This document shows, piece after piece, positions 47,667 through 60,800 of a stretch of 64,000 nucleotides of DNA. The stretch's first letter is position 1, and each line of letters starts with the position of its first letter. A program made the position numbers and the translations under genes. The notes below the pieces were generated by a model. It saw only the letters and a list, made by a program, of their open reading frames with translations, did not search any database and was not told the origin of the DNA. This DNA is from Stylophora pistillata (Eukaryota). The stretch lies in contig NW_019217851.1 of NCBI RefSeq assembly GCF_002571385.2, forward strand, positions 537,898 through 601,897, read 5' to 3'.

Positions 47667-48902
47667 AGTGTAAGTAAGTAAGTAAGTAACTTTATTTAGC
47701 CACATATCGCATATGAGCGAATAGCTCGTTTAAATGCAAATGTGCCATAAAAATTTGACATAATTTACATATATAAGTAATAAGTAATAGGTAAGAAATA
47801 AAAATTAATTATCTAGAATGAATAATTGCTATTTGTGCTTACTCTTCGTAAGCAGTCGACTTAGAATAATTGAGAAGAGTCCTCAGAGCGAATGCATTGG
47901 TTGACTCCAGTTTCGCAGACAGACCCTTACTTAGACCTATAAACAGTGGTGATGCATATTCGAAGTGAGGGAGAATGAAAGCTTTGTACAATTTAATCAT
48001 CACATCTGAGGGTATAAATTTACGAATGCGACGGAGAATTGAAACTTTTGTATTCACTTTCCGGCAAACTTCTTTAATGTGTACGTTGAAAGAGAGTGAA
48101 TTGTCGATGACTACTCCAAGAAGCTTCATATGTGTAACGTAATCCAGTTCATTACTGTCAATAACAAAGGGCGTTGGTAAAGTTGCTCTGTTGAAAACTA
48201 TGGATTGAGATTTACTATGATTGATCGCCAGAAAGTTCTCACAAAACCAGGAAGCGAGTAGACCAACGTTGTTTTGTAGATTTATTTGCAAGGTAGATGG
48301 ACAGAGGTTTGAAGAGTACCCAGTAGTGTCATCAGCATAAAATCTTAGAGAGCACGAAATATCTGAAAAATTCACATCGTTCATGTATATATTGAAGAGA
48401 AGGGGGCCCAAGATTGAGCCTTGAGGAACTCCACACCTCACAATTTGCCAATCCGACAAAACACCGTCAGTCTTGACATGTTGCTTACGGTCAGTCAAGT
48501 AAGAACGTAGAAGTTGTAAGGCGTCTTTAGTTACACCATAAGCTGACAGTTTTGCAAGAAGCAAATCATGATTGATAGAGTCAAATGCTTTGGAGAGATC
48601 TATGGTAATTGCTGCAGAGTGTTCGCTAGAGTCTAATTTTTTCCTAATGTCTTCGAATGTCTTGAGAAGGGCTGTCGTACACGAGTGTCCTTTCAAGAAA
48701 CCAGACAAATTCCCGCTGAGAAAGTCAAGAGAAAACTCATATAACTGATCAAAGATAACTCTTTCCGCTACCTTTGAAACAGCCGATAATACAGATACAG
48801 GACGATAATTAGATTTTAAAGTCTCAGTTCCTTTTTTATAGATCGGGGAGACAATAGAGGTTTTCCAATCTGTAGGCCAGGAGCCACTAACAATGCACTG
48901 GT
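47667..48902 (-). mobile_element. LINE (CR1/L2 group) RT region with (TTAC)n tail; 5' end lost in the gap
   Basis: Open frame from the gap: NYRPVSVL, IDLSKAFDSI, GVPQGSILGPLLF, FYADD; stop at 47839. AATAAA(GTTAC/TTAC)n tail at 47667-47697. Confidence 0.92.
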
Positions 48903-49030
48903 NNNNNNNNNNNNNNNNNNNNGCGACATATCAATGACTGCAACCATCGTGTTGTCTACAAACCTCTTATGAATGGTTGACCTCGCGGAATGAGAACGAG
49001 GCGCGAGATTATTTTGTGATTGCATATTTA

Positions 49031-49044
49031 GTTGTCATAGCAAC
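49031..49044. promoter_or_regulatory. RFX X-box
   Basis: GTTGTCATAGCAAC, ~75 bp upstream of the ATG of a motile-cilia gene. Confidence 0.8.
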
Positions 49045-49119
49045 AAAGATCTGTGTAGATGGTTCAGCCGCCATTATATCGGAGTTAACTCTTCCTCCTT
49101 GTTGAAACACCACTCAGCG

Positions 49120-52100
49120 ATGGCTTCGGGAACTAACAGCCCTCCAGAAAAAAGCAAGGTAGGAAAGGCAGATTCTAGAGTGTTAAAAACCTCTTGTAAT
49201 GCTTCTTCAGTTTTTGCGTACCATTAGGCCCTTTTTATTATCAATGTTTCGCAAAGGATGAAGTACACTTACCTGGTACATATTAGATTTTGAACCATCA
49301 TCGAAGAATGATAAAATCCCACTTCTAAAACGAAATTCAACAGGAATTATTCCTGATATTCATAAAGTAAAGTCACCAGTAACCTTTTTATTCGTTCAAA
49401 GTTAACGTTCCCGAACGCACTGCGTAGTGTTCATTTTGATGCAGTTTGCACTACAGTAAAAACCCGCAAGTAAGAACCTAAAAATTAAGAACCTGTTAGC
49501 CTAAAATTTGCCATTTATACCCCCTATAAACAAGAACCTATTTAGCCTAAGAAAATTAAAATAGGTTCTTATTTTCTGAAATCATATAGTACATTACAGG
49601 TACACTGAAATTGTGTACTGTAATCGTAATCATAATCAAAGAAAAACCATATTGCCATTGCTGTAAAACATGATTTTCTTCAGAAAAATGAGTGCAAAAT
49701 ATGTAGTTACAAAATATAGGACAATTGCCAACTTGTTATGCAGGTGTGTTTTTCTCCAAGAATAAGAACCTGTTTTAAGAACCTAAACAGCCTAAAATTT
49801 TGTTAAGTAACATTTATATAAGAACCTGTTTAGGCTAACTCCTAAAAATGTAGGTTCTTACTTGCGGGTTTTTACTGTAATCTGTATTACTGGAGCCACA
49901 GACAACTATAAAATAATACTCAGTGATATCATAAAGGTGCTTTTTATGTTAAACTTTTAGTATTGCCAAGGATTTCAGTTACTTTTGAAAGTTGATCTCA
50001 CATATGTTTATTTTGTTTGATACCTGGTGGGTTCACACTGCAATATTGGAAGTGATATTTAAAACTGGCAATTCATACCGACCAAAGAACTGGTGCGGAT
50101 CCAATACTTTCAAAGTGTTAATCCGAATACCTTGACAGACATATGCATGGTGCATGATCTGCTTTTTTCAATTTTTATTTACCATGTTCTTGTTGCCAAC
50201 AATGAGGTTTAAAGGTAAAGGTAAAGGTAAAGGTCTCTATTTCTCTAAACAACATACGTGTTTAGTTACAATTTTAAGGTTGAAATCAGACAGGCGCCTC
50301 TGGCAGCCGTGTTTAGTCCATAGCGATTTCACCTACCCACCCAACCCACCCCAGGGAGGACATCCATCACACAGTAATCTCGTGCGTGGGAAATTAACGT
50401 CTCCTACCCCAAACCCTGCAGGAGAGGGGACCTCCATTTATTCATCCCTATCCGAGAAGACTAGAATATCTAACCATTTCTTGATGTTAAAGAAAGGAAG
50501 CATATTCTTCTCAATTAATTTTAAGACCCTGAGTATTGGTCCGGCCGGTATTGAACTCTCGACCTCCCGCACAGCAGTCCGGCGCTCTCCCAATTGAGCT
50601 AACCAGGCGGCGGTTTAAAATCTAAGCTGTACAATGTAGAATCCTACTTGAACCTGGTTAACCTGAACACTCTGCTAACTTGAGCAAGATCTGATTTTCC
50701 GAGGATTTGTTTCTGTTTTTCCCAGTCATTTACTATCAGCTGACTAAAATTCCTGGTTAACTCAAACTAATTCTACTTTCCCAGTGGCTTATATTTACAG
50801 TGATAACTTGAACTTTGAGTAAAAAGTCGGTTGATAAACATCAAAGTGTCTGAACATAGATGATTGATGCAATCCAATCTTAAATCGCAATCATCAATTG
50901 GCTAGCCTTTCTAAACTAAATCTTTGTGTAAAAAAACTCTCATAAAAGAAACTAAATGCACGGAAATGACTGTTGATTGTGCAAGTTTAGTAACAACATG
51001 AATTCTTTGTCATTGTTAACAGGATACCATTTCCTTTTGGTTCAAGTGAGGGGGGTTCTACTGTTGTTAAATAACACAGCATCTTAGTCCTGGACCCTGT
51101 AGTCTATATAATGAACAAAAACATGTGAATAACTGTAAACCAGATATAACTAACAAACTATCTTAAACTAAGCAAATTTTGCAATGGAAATTTTGTACAC
51201 AAATCCTGAGAACATAAAATACTCAAGTTTACATATTGTTAGGTATGATATTATTTGGTTACATATTATTTGCTTGACAGGAAAAAGAAAACAAGAATTT
51301 TTCCCCATAGGAAAATTGTCCTTAAGCTTTAAATTACTTTGAGTCATGCCATTAGTTTCACCAGCTGGTAGACAATCGCTTGCTGGAGATGATGATGATG
51401 AACTTTATGATGAACTTTATTCATGTGTCAATTATAAAATAGCAGTAATAAAACCACTAAGTAAGGACACACCAAGATAATTTAAATAAAATAATAAATA
51501 ACTAAGTAATAATATACGATTAAGGTATTATCCTTGTTTTACCCTTTAATCAACAACATGCATGCACACAATAGATCAAAATTATCATGATGTAAACTTT
51601 CATTTATTTCAGAATGTCACAGAAAGTAACCCAGTTCCAGGAGGGACAGCATATGACTTTGCGCAAACCAAACCAGGAAAAGGTGCCATTACCTCTGATT
51701 ATTACCGCACTTTCAACATTCCTGAGCGGTTTAATAATCCGGGTATGTTTCATTGTGTCTTACAGATCTAATTAATAACCCAGGCAACCCTGTTTTCTCC
51801 TGCCCCACTGAAGTTCAGTTAATTAACCAAACAACAACAGGGACTCAGGAAGGAGGTGGGTTTAACACAATTTGAACTGCAAATTACAGAATGTCTTGCA
51901 CCATTTGGTATTTTACGCTCATATTTGGTTGTCAAAGTTTTTTTTTTTCTCTCAGTTTAGGAGAAGTTACAACACTCTTCCAAATTTAGTTTTATCAGAG
52001 GTCTTCAACCTGTTTTGGCACTGCCTCACTTATTGTTTAGAATAGTTCTCAATTCATTACAAATGTACATGCAGTAATGAAAGGATATTAGCTTATTATG

Positions 52101-52790
52101 GCATTCTTGCAGAGTATCTAATAAAATTGTTTTCTCTAGATTGGTTTGATGGTTACAAAGCAAAGAAGCAACACCCAATGTATATGACAAGTGGAATGGA
52201 GTATGGGTGAGTAATTTGTACATAATTTTGCAGTTAACTGTCAGTAATGCATCAGTGAATACATTGGGAGCCTTAAGCAAGCAAGATATGGTAACACCAA
52301 GGAAACTCTTGGTTAAAAAATTTTCTTTCTTTTCTTCAGAAGTTTTTGAATGGCTGGAGGTGATTGCTATCATTAAAGGAACCAGGCTTCAAATTCAGTT
52401 TAGCATGCAAACTCAGTATTTAGTTCCAAATTAAAGTGCAAATAATTCATCGTTGTTCTCAGATAAGGCAAAAGTTGTCGATTTCACGGTTTAGTTATCG
52501 GAGAACAGCTAGGAAATGAAGGGAGCTTGAAAGCATACATGCTGAGCTTTTCTTGTTTTGCTATGTTCTCATTGCTGTTGCATCATAGTTTACAAAAGGT
52601 CTCTATTAAACTTCTGCTAACCTTCTCACTGAACTTTTCTCTATTTCTTCACAGGAGTCATCGTCCAACAGTTCATACCATGCCTACAAGTTTTTATGCA
52701 AAGAGCCAAAAATTCTCTGAACACTTAGGGACATGTGGAATGTACAGAAATCAGTCTCTGAATACCTCTATGGATAAAAGTATTGTTTGA
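49120..52790 (+). CDS. PIERCE1: Piercer of microtubule wall 1 (C9orf116 family), 123 aa
   Basis: Exons 49120-49158, 51613-51742, 52140-52206, 52655-52790. TSDYYRT..IPERFNNPDWFDGY...PTVHTMPTSFYAKSQKFSEHLGTCGMYRNQSLN matches recalled PIERCE1 motifs. Confidence 0.92.
49454..49877. mobile_element. pogo/Tigger-type MITE with TA TSD
   Basis: TA|CAGTAAAAACCCGCAAGTAAGAACCTA...TAGGTTCTTACTTGCGGGTTTTTACTG|TA, with internal TAAGAACCT repeats. Confidence 0.9.
50211..50614 (-). mobile_element. tRNA-derived Nin/Deu-like SINE (copy 2) with (ACCTTT)n tail
   Basis: A and B boxes; core shared with the copies at 19410 and 53066. Confidence 0.85.
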
Positions 52791-53065
52791 AACAGCACTT
52801 TTATTCTTTTTTCCAGGGGAAAATACTAATCTTGACAAACCAAATATGTAAATATGTAAGTTTTTGTTTTAGTCTCCTTGATTAAAATTTTTCCGGAGTA
52901 ACAGGATGTTTTTGTGGTTATCTTGTAAATATCTTTTAAATAATCAATATTGGGTACATTTCTGTAACCCCCACAAGAGATTAGCATCTAACTTCTCCTT
53001 ACAATGTCACCACTGAATCACACATTTATTGTCACAAGAATAAAGGAAATGATCACCTACTAGAC

Positions 53066-53443
53066 ACCGCCTCCCAGTTAACTCAATGGATAGAGCACTG
53101 GACTGTTGTGCAGGAGGTCGAGGGTTCAAGCCCCAGCTGGACCAACACTCAAGGTCTTAAAATACTTGAGAAGAATATGCTACCTTTCTATAACATCAAG
53201 AAATGGTTAGATATTCTAGTCTTCTCAGATAGGGACAAATAACTGGAGGTCCTGTCTCCTGCAAGGGTTATGGGTAGGAGACATTAATTTCCCACGCACG
53301 AGATTACTGTGTGATGAATGTCCTCCCCTGGGGTGGGATGGGTGGATTGGGGTTTGTTTAGGCGGTTGAACCTAATAGGGGACTACGTGTCTAATTGTTC
53401 TCTCCCCTGTACACTGTACGAATTTATAAATACAAATACAAAC
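53066..53443 (+). mobile_element. tRNA-derived Nin/Deu-like SINE (copy 3) with (AAATAC)n tail
   Basis: Same head and core as copies 1 and 2. Confidence 0.85.
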
Positions 53444-54889
53444 TCTCTTGTCAGCACTTAGGAAATAGATGGGAAATGCACATACTGATGCCAGGTTGTA
53501 AAAGGGTAAATAAGAGACAGTGGCTTAATGATTGGTCTACTGGATTACATTGAGAGATATTGGTCAAATATCTAGTCTGGTCACCGTGGTGCAATTTATC
53601 CTCAAAGTACTTCTCTCCACCCAGGGGGTAGAAATGACCATCAGTAAACTGTCAATCTTAATAACTACAGAAGGGGAAGAGGGGTATGTGTAGCCCAGCC
53701 ATGTGATAGCCTTCTGTCCAAGGGGAGTGTTAGTATTGCTAAGTGCTTCATAGAACTGAGACAAGAATAAAGTTCTGACATGATGGGCCTTCCTGCTCAA
53801 AAGCACAGGCTTTTTAATACCATGACACTTCTTAGCTTGGGCTTTTTTCCATTACAGCTACTGTACTTTCCTCCAGCTGTATACATAAAGAAAGTTGAGC
53901 CACATTACTAATAGTATTGTTATACCTCCCAACTCAAATCAGTGTTTTGACAGTAGAATGTGCTGTATGCAACTTCCCACGGACACACCTCACCAAAGCT
54001 AATTTCTATAACAGCCCACACCACAAAAATAAATTTTTTTTTGCAGTCATGGCTGACATTTCACTCTTTGAGTCAGCTCAGGGATGAGAAATAGGACTTT
54101 GGGAGCGAGGATGCTTGTGTATTGGGAGGTATTACAAATTAACACCAGGCCCCACCTGAAACAGTGAGTTGTTTCTCTTTGACCCTTAACATTCCCCTTA
54201 GTTACATCCTGCTTTGTTCATACTAAGTGTTCACAGGCAAAAGCTAACTACTCCACAGATAATGAGTTCTATTATCACTACAATGATAAGCTGTAACAAT
54301 TAATGCATTTAGCAAACTCTCTCAAACCTTCCAGTTTTTAAACCTTTCCACTATGACACCAACATAAATATACCCAGGGCTGTGCTACTGAGCACCTTGC
54401 TTGAATTTGCTTTTAAAAGCAGTTGGATAGAAGTTTAGGAAACCAATTAAAATAGCGTTATTTTTAATTTTTTTTTTTTTTTTGGTGTTCCAAGTAATTG
54501 AACAGTCAAGGTCCCTATAAACATTAGCATGTCATAAAACAACCACAATCCCCCAGCTTTTCTTATAACTTTTATTAATCTGCCTCAACTGTCTGTACAT
54601 ATTAAACAGCTCGAATTTTCTTCCTTTCAAATTATCTTACAAGAATCAACTTTTATTTTGGAAGAAAAAAAGATTTGTTCTGCAAGTTTGGTACACAAAC
54701 GTATGAACTGCATTTCAAAAAAACCAAAGTCAGTAACTCATTATTCAAATATCTACCAGTTGTAAAGCTATTCTACACTTTATATTTCACAGTTATAACC
54801 ATTTTGAAGATTGGTACTGCCATGCAGAGCCTAAAGGTTACTTTTTTTAAAAAAAGGTAATTGCAATGACTACTTGTAGTGATGTTGCC

Positions 54890-57800
54890 TTAGGAGCTTT
54901 TTAGTTCCTGTCCAATCTTATAACCAAGAATCTTGTTCCAGTCAACTTTGGTTCGTGTAATTGGAAGCTGCCTTCGTAAAGCCTTAAAAGTGGTCTGTGA
55001 CATGGTAGTGTAGTTTTCTGAGAGTGCTCTCTGCAAAAGGCAAAGAAAAATTGTTCCCACTCTTAACATAATCAAATAATGGATTAAAAGAAAACCAATA
55101 TGTAACAACAAGATAATGGTTATTGTTTTATATTGAGATTCTCCCTCCCTTCTAACCCGCAGAGCAGGTGTGATTTTGGTGGGCTCATAATTATTATCTT
55201 GTTGAAAATTCTAGCTGCTATCTTTGAGTTTTAGAGCAGCTGAAGGCTGGTGAGAGGAAGGAATTTGTACCCATGCTCTGAACAACCATCAAATAGAAGG
55301 AGAGGGGAGGTGATGAGATGAGAGAATGAATATCATGTGCCTGCCTGAGGTCGTTGTTGTTTTGGGAAACTCCATTCACCCACAAATGAAGTTTCTGCTT
55401 GGTGCCGTTGAGCTCTAACTGACGATCACTAACATGCCAAACTGCTTCCTGTCACTCTTGCACAAAAGAAAAAAGATAGTGAACTGTGTTGAAGGTGAAA
55501 TTGTCCATTTTGATTTTGCTCTTGAGGAAGCTTAGCCTTCATACAGCCTAAAAAAACCGACTCTTTTGGGGCAGGAAGCAGCTGTAAACAGACTAGCTGA
55601 ATCTCTCAACTGTTTATTGCAACATGATATGTTTTACCCAACATGAACAGAACAAAAGATAACATTATAACACTGGTCTCTGGAAGAGATCTGCTTGCAG
55701 TGTTGCTTACTGCTTTTAGGAAGAGCTTCCTGTTTCAGAAGCTGGCTCCCATTCAACAGACTATAGCAGGAAAACCTTTGAGTGCAGTTGTTTGTCTCTT
55801 TTGAAGTGTCACTTACAATCAAATGAAAGAAACATTGTCGTGAGGATTAATGGCAGCTATGTTCTAGGATTGTTGTTCTAAGCTCATATTTATGACAGAC
55901 CAGGAGGTTTGATTAAAGCCATTCCTATCCTGGATGAAAAAACCTGCCTCACCATTTCACTCATTGGCCCTAAGTGCATTTGTTTTTGTCAGAAGACAGT
56001 GCTCTGGTTTTTAAATAAACTCATTTTGATTGGTTACCTGCTCAGTGATGAAAAACTGATCAGGGGGGGTGTTTTGTTTTTTAGACAGCCTCTTTAGGCA
56101 GGCATCACTATCTTTTCCCAACCTCCCATCCATCCACTCTGACTCCAGATCAAATATGGCCAGTCAAATAAACGATGCAACCTTCTAGATGTCAACTGCC
56201 CCTTCTAAGACAACTGCACTGCAGGCTATTCCCCTACGTGCCAACTGACATGTCGCTGTAGATGATTCAAGTACCTGATAGTCACTTTCTGCAGACTCTA
56301 TTATCTGTAAAAAATGCTTTGCTGTCCCAGCTTCACTCTGCAAATTAAAAAAAAGTGGTCTCATTGTCTACATCTGAACAAAACAAGGGAGGACAGACAG
56401 TTAATGAGGTAGTGATTGACTGCTTTTGCTCTACTTTTGCAATGTCAAACTTTAAGATAAAAGTCTTGCCTTTTTGTACTTCAGACTTCTAATTTCATGT
56501 CTCAAAATGCTGTTGATTAAGTCTAAAACTTTAACTTTTAGGGAGCATGCAGTACAGTATAATGCCTTGCACACCCCAATAGACATACAGCACTACTCAC
56601 AACTAAGTTGACAGTCTCAAATCAAAACTCAATCCTCAAAACTTCTGAGAACCAAGGATTGAGGATCAAGTTTCAAGAGACTGTCAAATTACTTTTCAGC
56701 AGTCAACTTATGGTATGAAGCCCTACAACTCCTGCTCATTCCATTGCAATTTGTCTTATAAATTTAGAGAAAACACTAGTGCATCAAACTGACAGTTCTT
56801 CACTTACTGTTACTTTTAGATTTTCCTTCACTTCTTTGGATGACACAAGTTGAACATTGCCATCTTCATAGTAATGAACCTGCAAGTTTCCACATTGAAA
56901 ATCATCAAATCAAAGTTACAAACAAAACAAAAACCAAAACAAGTAAACCAGAAAATGGATTTTAATCCTGTCTATTGATGTATGACTGCCAGCCAAGCAT
57001 TACACAGCAAGAGGTCAACTCAGTTTCTTTCATTTGATTAAGACATTGCTTACATAAATTTAATCACCTTGGCCTAGGGAAGAATTACTTGTGTCCCTAA
57101 ATTTCCTTCACAATCACATGTAAATCTATTGATGTCCAAGTGTTCCTTGGAACATTCCACTCCAAAAATTAAAGTATATCTTGGACACTACACTTTAAAA
57201 TCTTCCTGCATATGTTTACACATGAGGACCTAAGGTATTTTGTCAACATATCTCACACCACAAAAAACCCTTGAAAAAAAAAAAAAATACAAACCAGCTC
57301 TAATATAGATAAAATTGTAAAAGCAACTCCATTTGTTTTTGCAAAATAAAAAGAGATAAATGATGAGTTAAGGAAAGATGGCTAGATAAAAAAATTTGAA
57401 GGCAAACTGTGAGGGGCATTATACTGGCAATATATTGAAAAATCAAGTTCAAGAGAAATTATCAGAATTGTACATGTTTCATTTCACAAATAAGGAGGAC
57501 ACCACAACATTTTTTCTTCATAGGTACCCATTACAAAACTGTACAGTAAATGGTTTGAAAAAAATGGTTGTGTTTGACTTCAATGTACAGTAGTGGGTTT
57601 CTTTTACCTGCACTTTGAGGACACCAGTGACTTCCACATTTCCACCTGATGGCTGGAATGACACAGACCACTCTGAACGCCACCTTCCATTCCTGTTAAA
57701 AAAAAAACAAACAAGTCATCACACCAGCCTTGGAGAATAGTTAGGTGGAAAGGGTTCCACAGAAGTATCAAAGAAGACAAGAACCTTGTTTAGTGAATCA

Positions 57801-60800
57801 TAATGACCTAGTAAAGAACAAACAAAGGATACTCCTATTTCATACTCATCACTGTTATCTATGTATAAACAAGAAGATCTGAGCACAAAAAATTGAAAAA
57901 TTGATATCTCATTGACAGCTGTTCTTACCAAAAGTTTTGTGGTTGAAACTGGTGATCCTCTATACATACAACCAACGTGATTGTTCCACCAGAACTACTT
58001 CCATAGACCTTCAAATGTAAACATTAACACAACTTAAACACTTTCACCTTCCACAAAAAGATGCAATTAAAATTACACTGTGAGGTTTCATTGCCTAACC
58101 TATGTATAATTATTCACTAACAGTCAATAATAATCGTGTATCATACGTATCTAATACCGCAGTTCAAAATATATGAACTTCATATATTCATTGTATCTGA
58201 TTTATCACTTTCACGGGTTTATTACGAATCAACTTAACGTCCTGCTCCCAGTTGGCTTGTTAGCTCAATTGGTAGCGCGCTGCACTAGTATTGCAGAGGT
58301 CAGTGGTTTGAATCCCATACAGGCGCCTGATTTTTTTCAGGTCTGATTTTCGCTATTGCATAAATAGCGTTATCTACTGCAAGGATCGTGTATCATACGT
58401 ATCTAATACCGCAGTTCAAAATATATGAACTTCATATTCATTGTATCTGATTTATCACTTTCACGGGTTTATTACAAATCAACTTAACGGCCTGCTCCCA
58501 GTTGGCTTGTTAGCTTAATTGGTAGAGCGCTGCACTAGTATCGCAGAGGTCAGTGGTTCGAATCCTGTACAGGCCTGATTTTTTTCAGGTCTGATTTTCG
58601 CTATTGCATAAATAGCGCTATCTACTGTGAGGATCGTGTATCATACATAGTCAATAATAAGTTGAAAGTTTATTAAAATTTAGTTCTTGGACCTGGGCTT
58701 TCTAAAATGTAAAGGGAACGAGTCTTTAAGTTAATTGAAGTCCTAGTGTTTTAAACAAAAATTCTCAAAATTCAGAGTGAGAAAACAAATTTGATTTTTC
58801 CTTAAATACCTTGCATAATTTATCAAATAGTGTGAACATGCAAATTCCTACAACACAAGAGGGAGGTAAGTTCATAAATACAGAAAGCCATGTGAAGGGC
58901 ACACTAGAAAGTTGGAATTTCTACACATTTAATGTGTGGTTAAACACACTTTTCACAATCCTGACCTTATTGTGCCCCTAACGTGCAGCCCAAAATTAAC
59001 AAGTCCAGTCAAATGCACAGTTCAGTCACTCTTGGCAAGTAATGTTTTCTGTCGTGACTGTACCATGAGAAATATCTCACTACCAGTTTTCACTAGTCTA
59101 TACTTATCAATGTAAAATGGAAACAGTTGACGTACTGTACAGACTCCATGAGGGTAACGATCTCGAACATAGCTTGTCACACTCTCTTCAACAGCTGCCC
59201 TCCATGCCTCAGCTGTTGGATTAGTACTGTGTGCACCAGGATCACTTGCTTCCTTTTAAAATAGAAACAAAACAAAACAATTGTGTATTTTAGACAATTA
59301 AAGGCCCATTTAGTTTAGTAAGGAGATCCACAAACTTACAGGATAACAGAAGCTGCCAAGTTTTCATTCCAGTAAATAAAACATATGGTGAGTGTTGTGA
59401 CCATCCGGGAACTGCCTGGCGTTGGCTTTGTCCCGTGTGGCTTTTCAGGCAAAAATAGGTTTTTAAGAAGAACGTTTTTGAATCAATGTATAAGGATTTT
59501 ACAGTCATTAAATTTCATTGTGTTGGTTAATATTGGACTTAACAGTGAGCTCTTTTTTACTATGGGTACAAAAATTTTCAGAAGTGGCGATTTAAATAAT
59601 GATTTTTGTTAAAATCAAACACATTCAACATTTCTGGCCAGTAGACAACCAAAACAAGATAATACTTGAAGTACTAATAGAAGAAACTTGTACGGCAACT
59701 ATTTCCCAGATTTTAGTTAAATTCAATGCATGATTTACCAGTAAAGGTACCAGTAACAGGTTTAAATGAGTGAATTGATTCCAATTCAGGATTTGCTCAA
59801 AGATTTGTTTGCACTGAGTGGAAGCCCAAAGGTACTTTAACTGAATAGTTCGTTCCCAGTCTTGCATGTAATCTAGCCAAACAACATGACTCCTGCATTA
59901 ACCTGACCTTCACCTATTTCTTAATTGCCTTCTTCTTTCAAACTCATTCACAGCCCAGCTTCATTTTGCACAAAATCAACTGACAACTTCTGTCTGTTAG
60001 AAATTGATTGATTACAATGCTGTTTAGGAGGAGGTGGGTATCCTATCCCTTTGGATAGAATTTTGTCCGTGGCTGGTTAACTATGGCACTGTAATATACT
60101 CCTTGGAACACAGCATGACAAAATACCAAGTCAGTGGAAAATGGTGAAGGAAATACACAACTCCTAAAAATGATATGGCTCTTACCTTGCGCAAGTGGTC
60201 ATACTGGAAGCTTTGCTTACTTCGAGGATCATAAAACCTGCCATCAGGTAGTTCACCATGTCTGGTCACCAATACCTTCAGGATATTAAATTGTACATCA
60301 TTGGAGAATCATTTCTTTTACTTACTTTCATAATTAAGTAACAGTTAAAGATTTGATTTTGAGGAAAGAGCAGAGAAAAGTGCAAAAATATAAAAGGAAA
60401 GGTAGTGTGAGAAAACAACATACAATGTGTATTGTAAAGATGAAATAAACAATTTTTAATATAAGAGAAAAATTGAGTTTCCAGATGGGATTTGAACCCA
60501 CGACCCTCCGTGATCTAGTCGGATGCTCTAACCACTGAGCTAGAGGAGACTCAACGGTGAGCAAGGGTCAATTAGTGGGTATTGACTGGTGGTGGTTAGA
60601 GCATCCGACTAGATCACGGAGGGTCGTGGGTTCAAATCCCATCTGGAAACTCGATTTTTCTCTTACAATGTGTATTGTCAATGATAATCAAACTCTAAAT
60701 TGCTTGAAAAGTGGAGCATAAAAGCACAAATATTAAATATCTAGTAAATTTTGATATATAAAAAGTGAAATATGTCAAGGAGATTTTTTTTTTTAATTCT

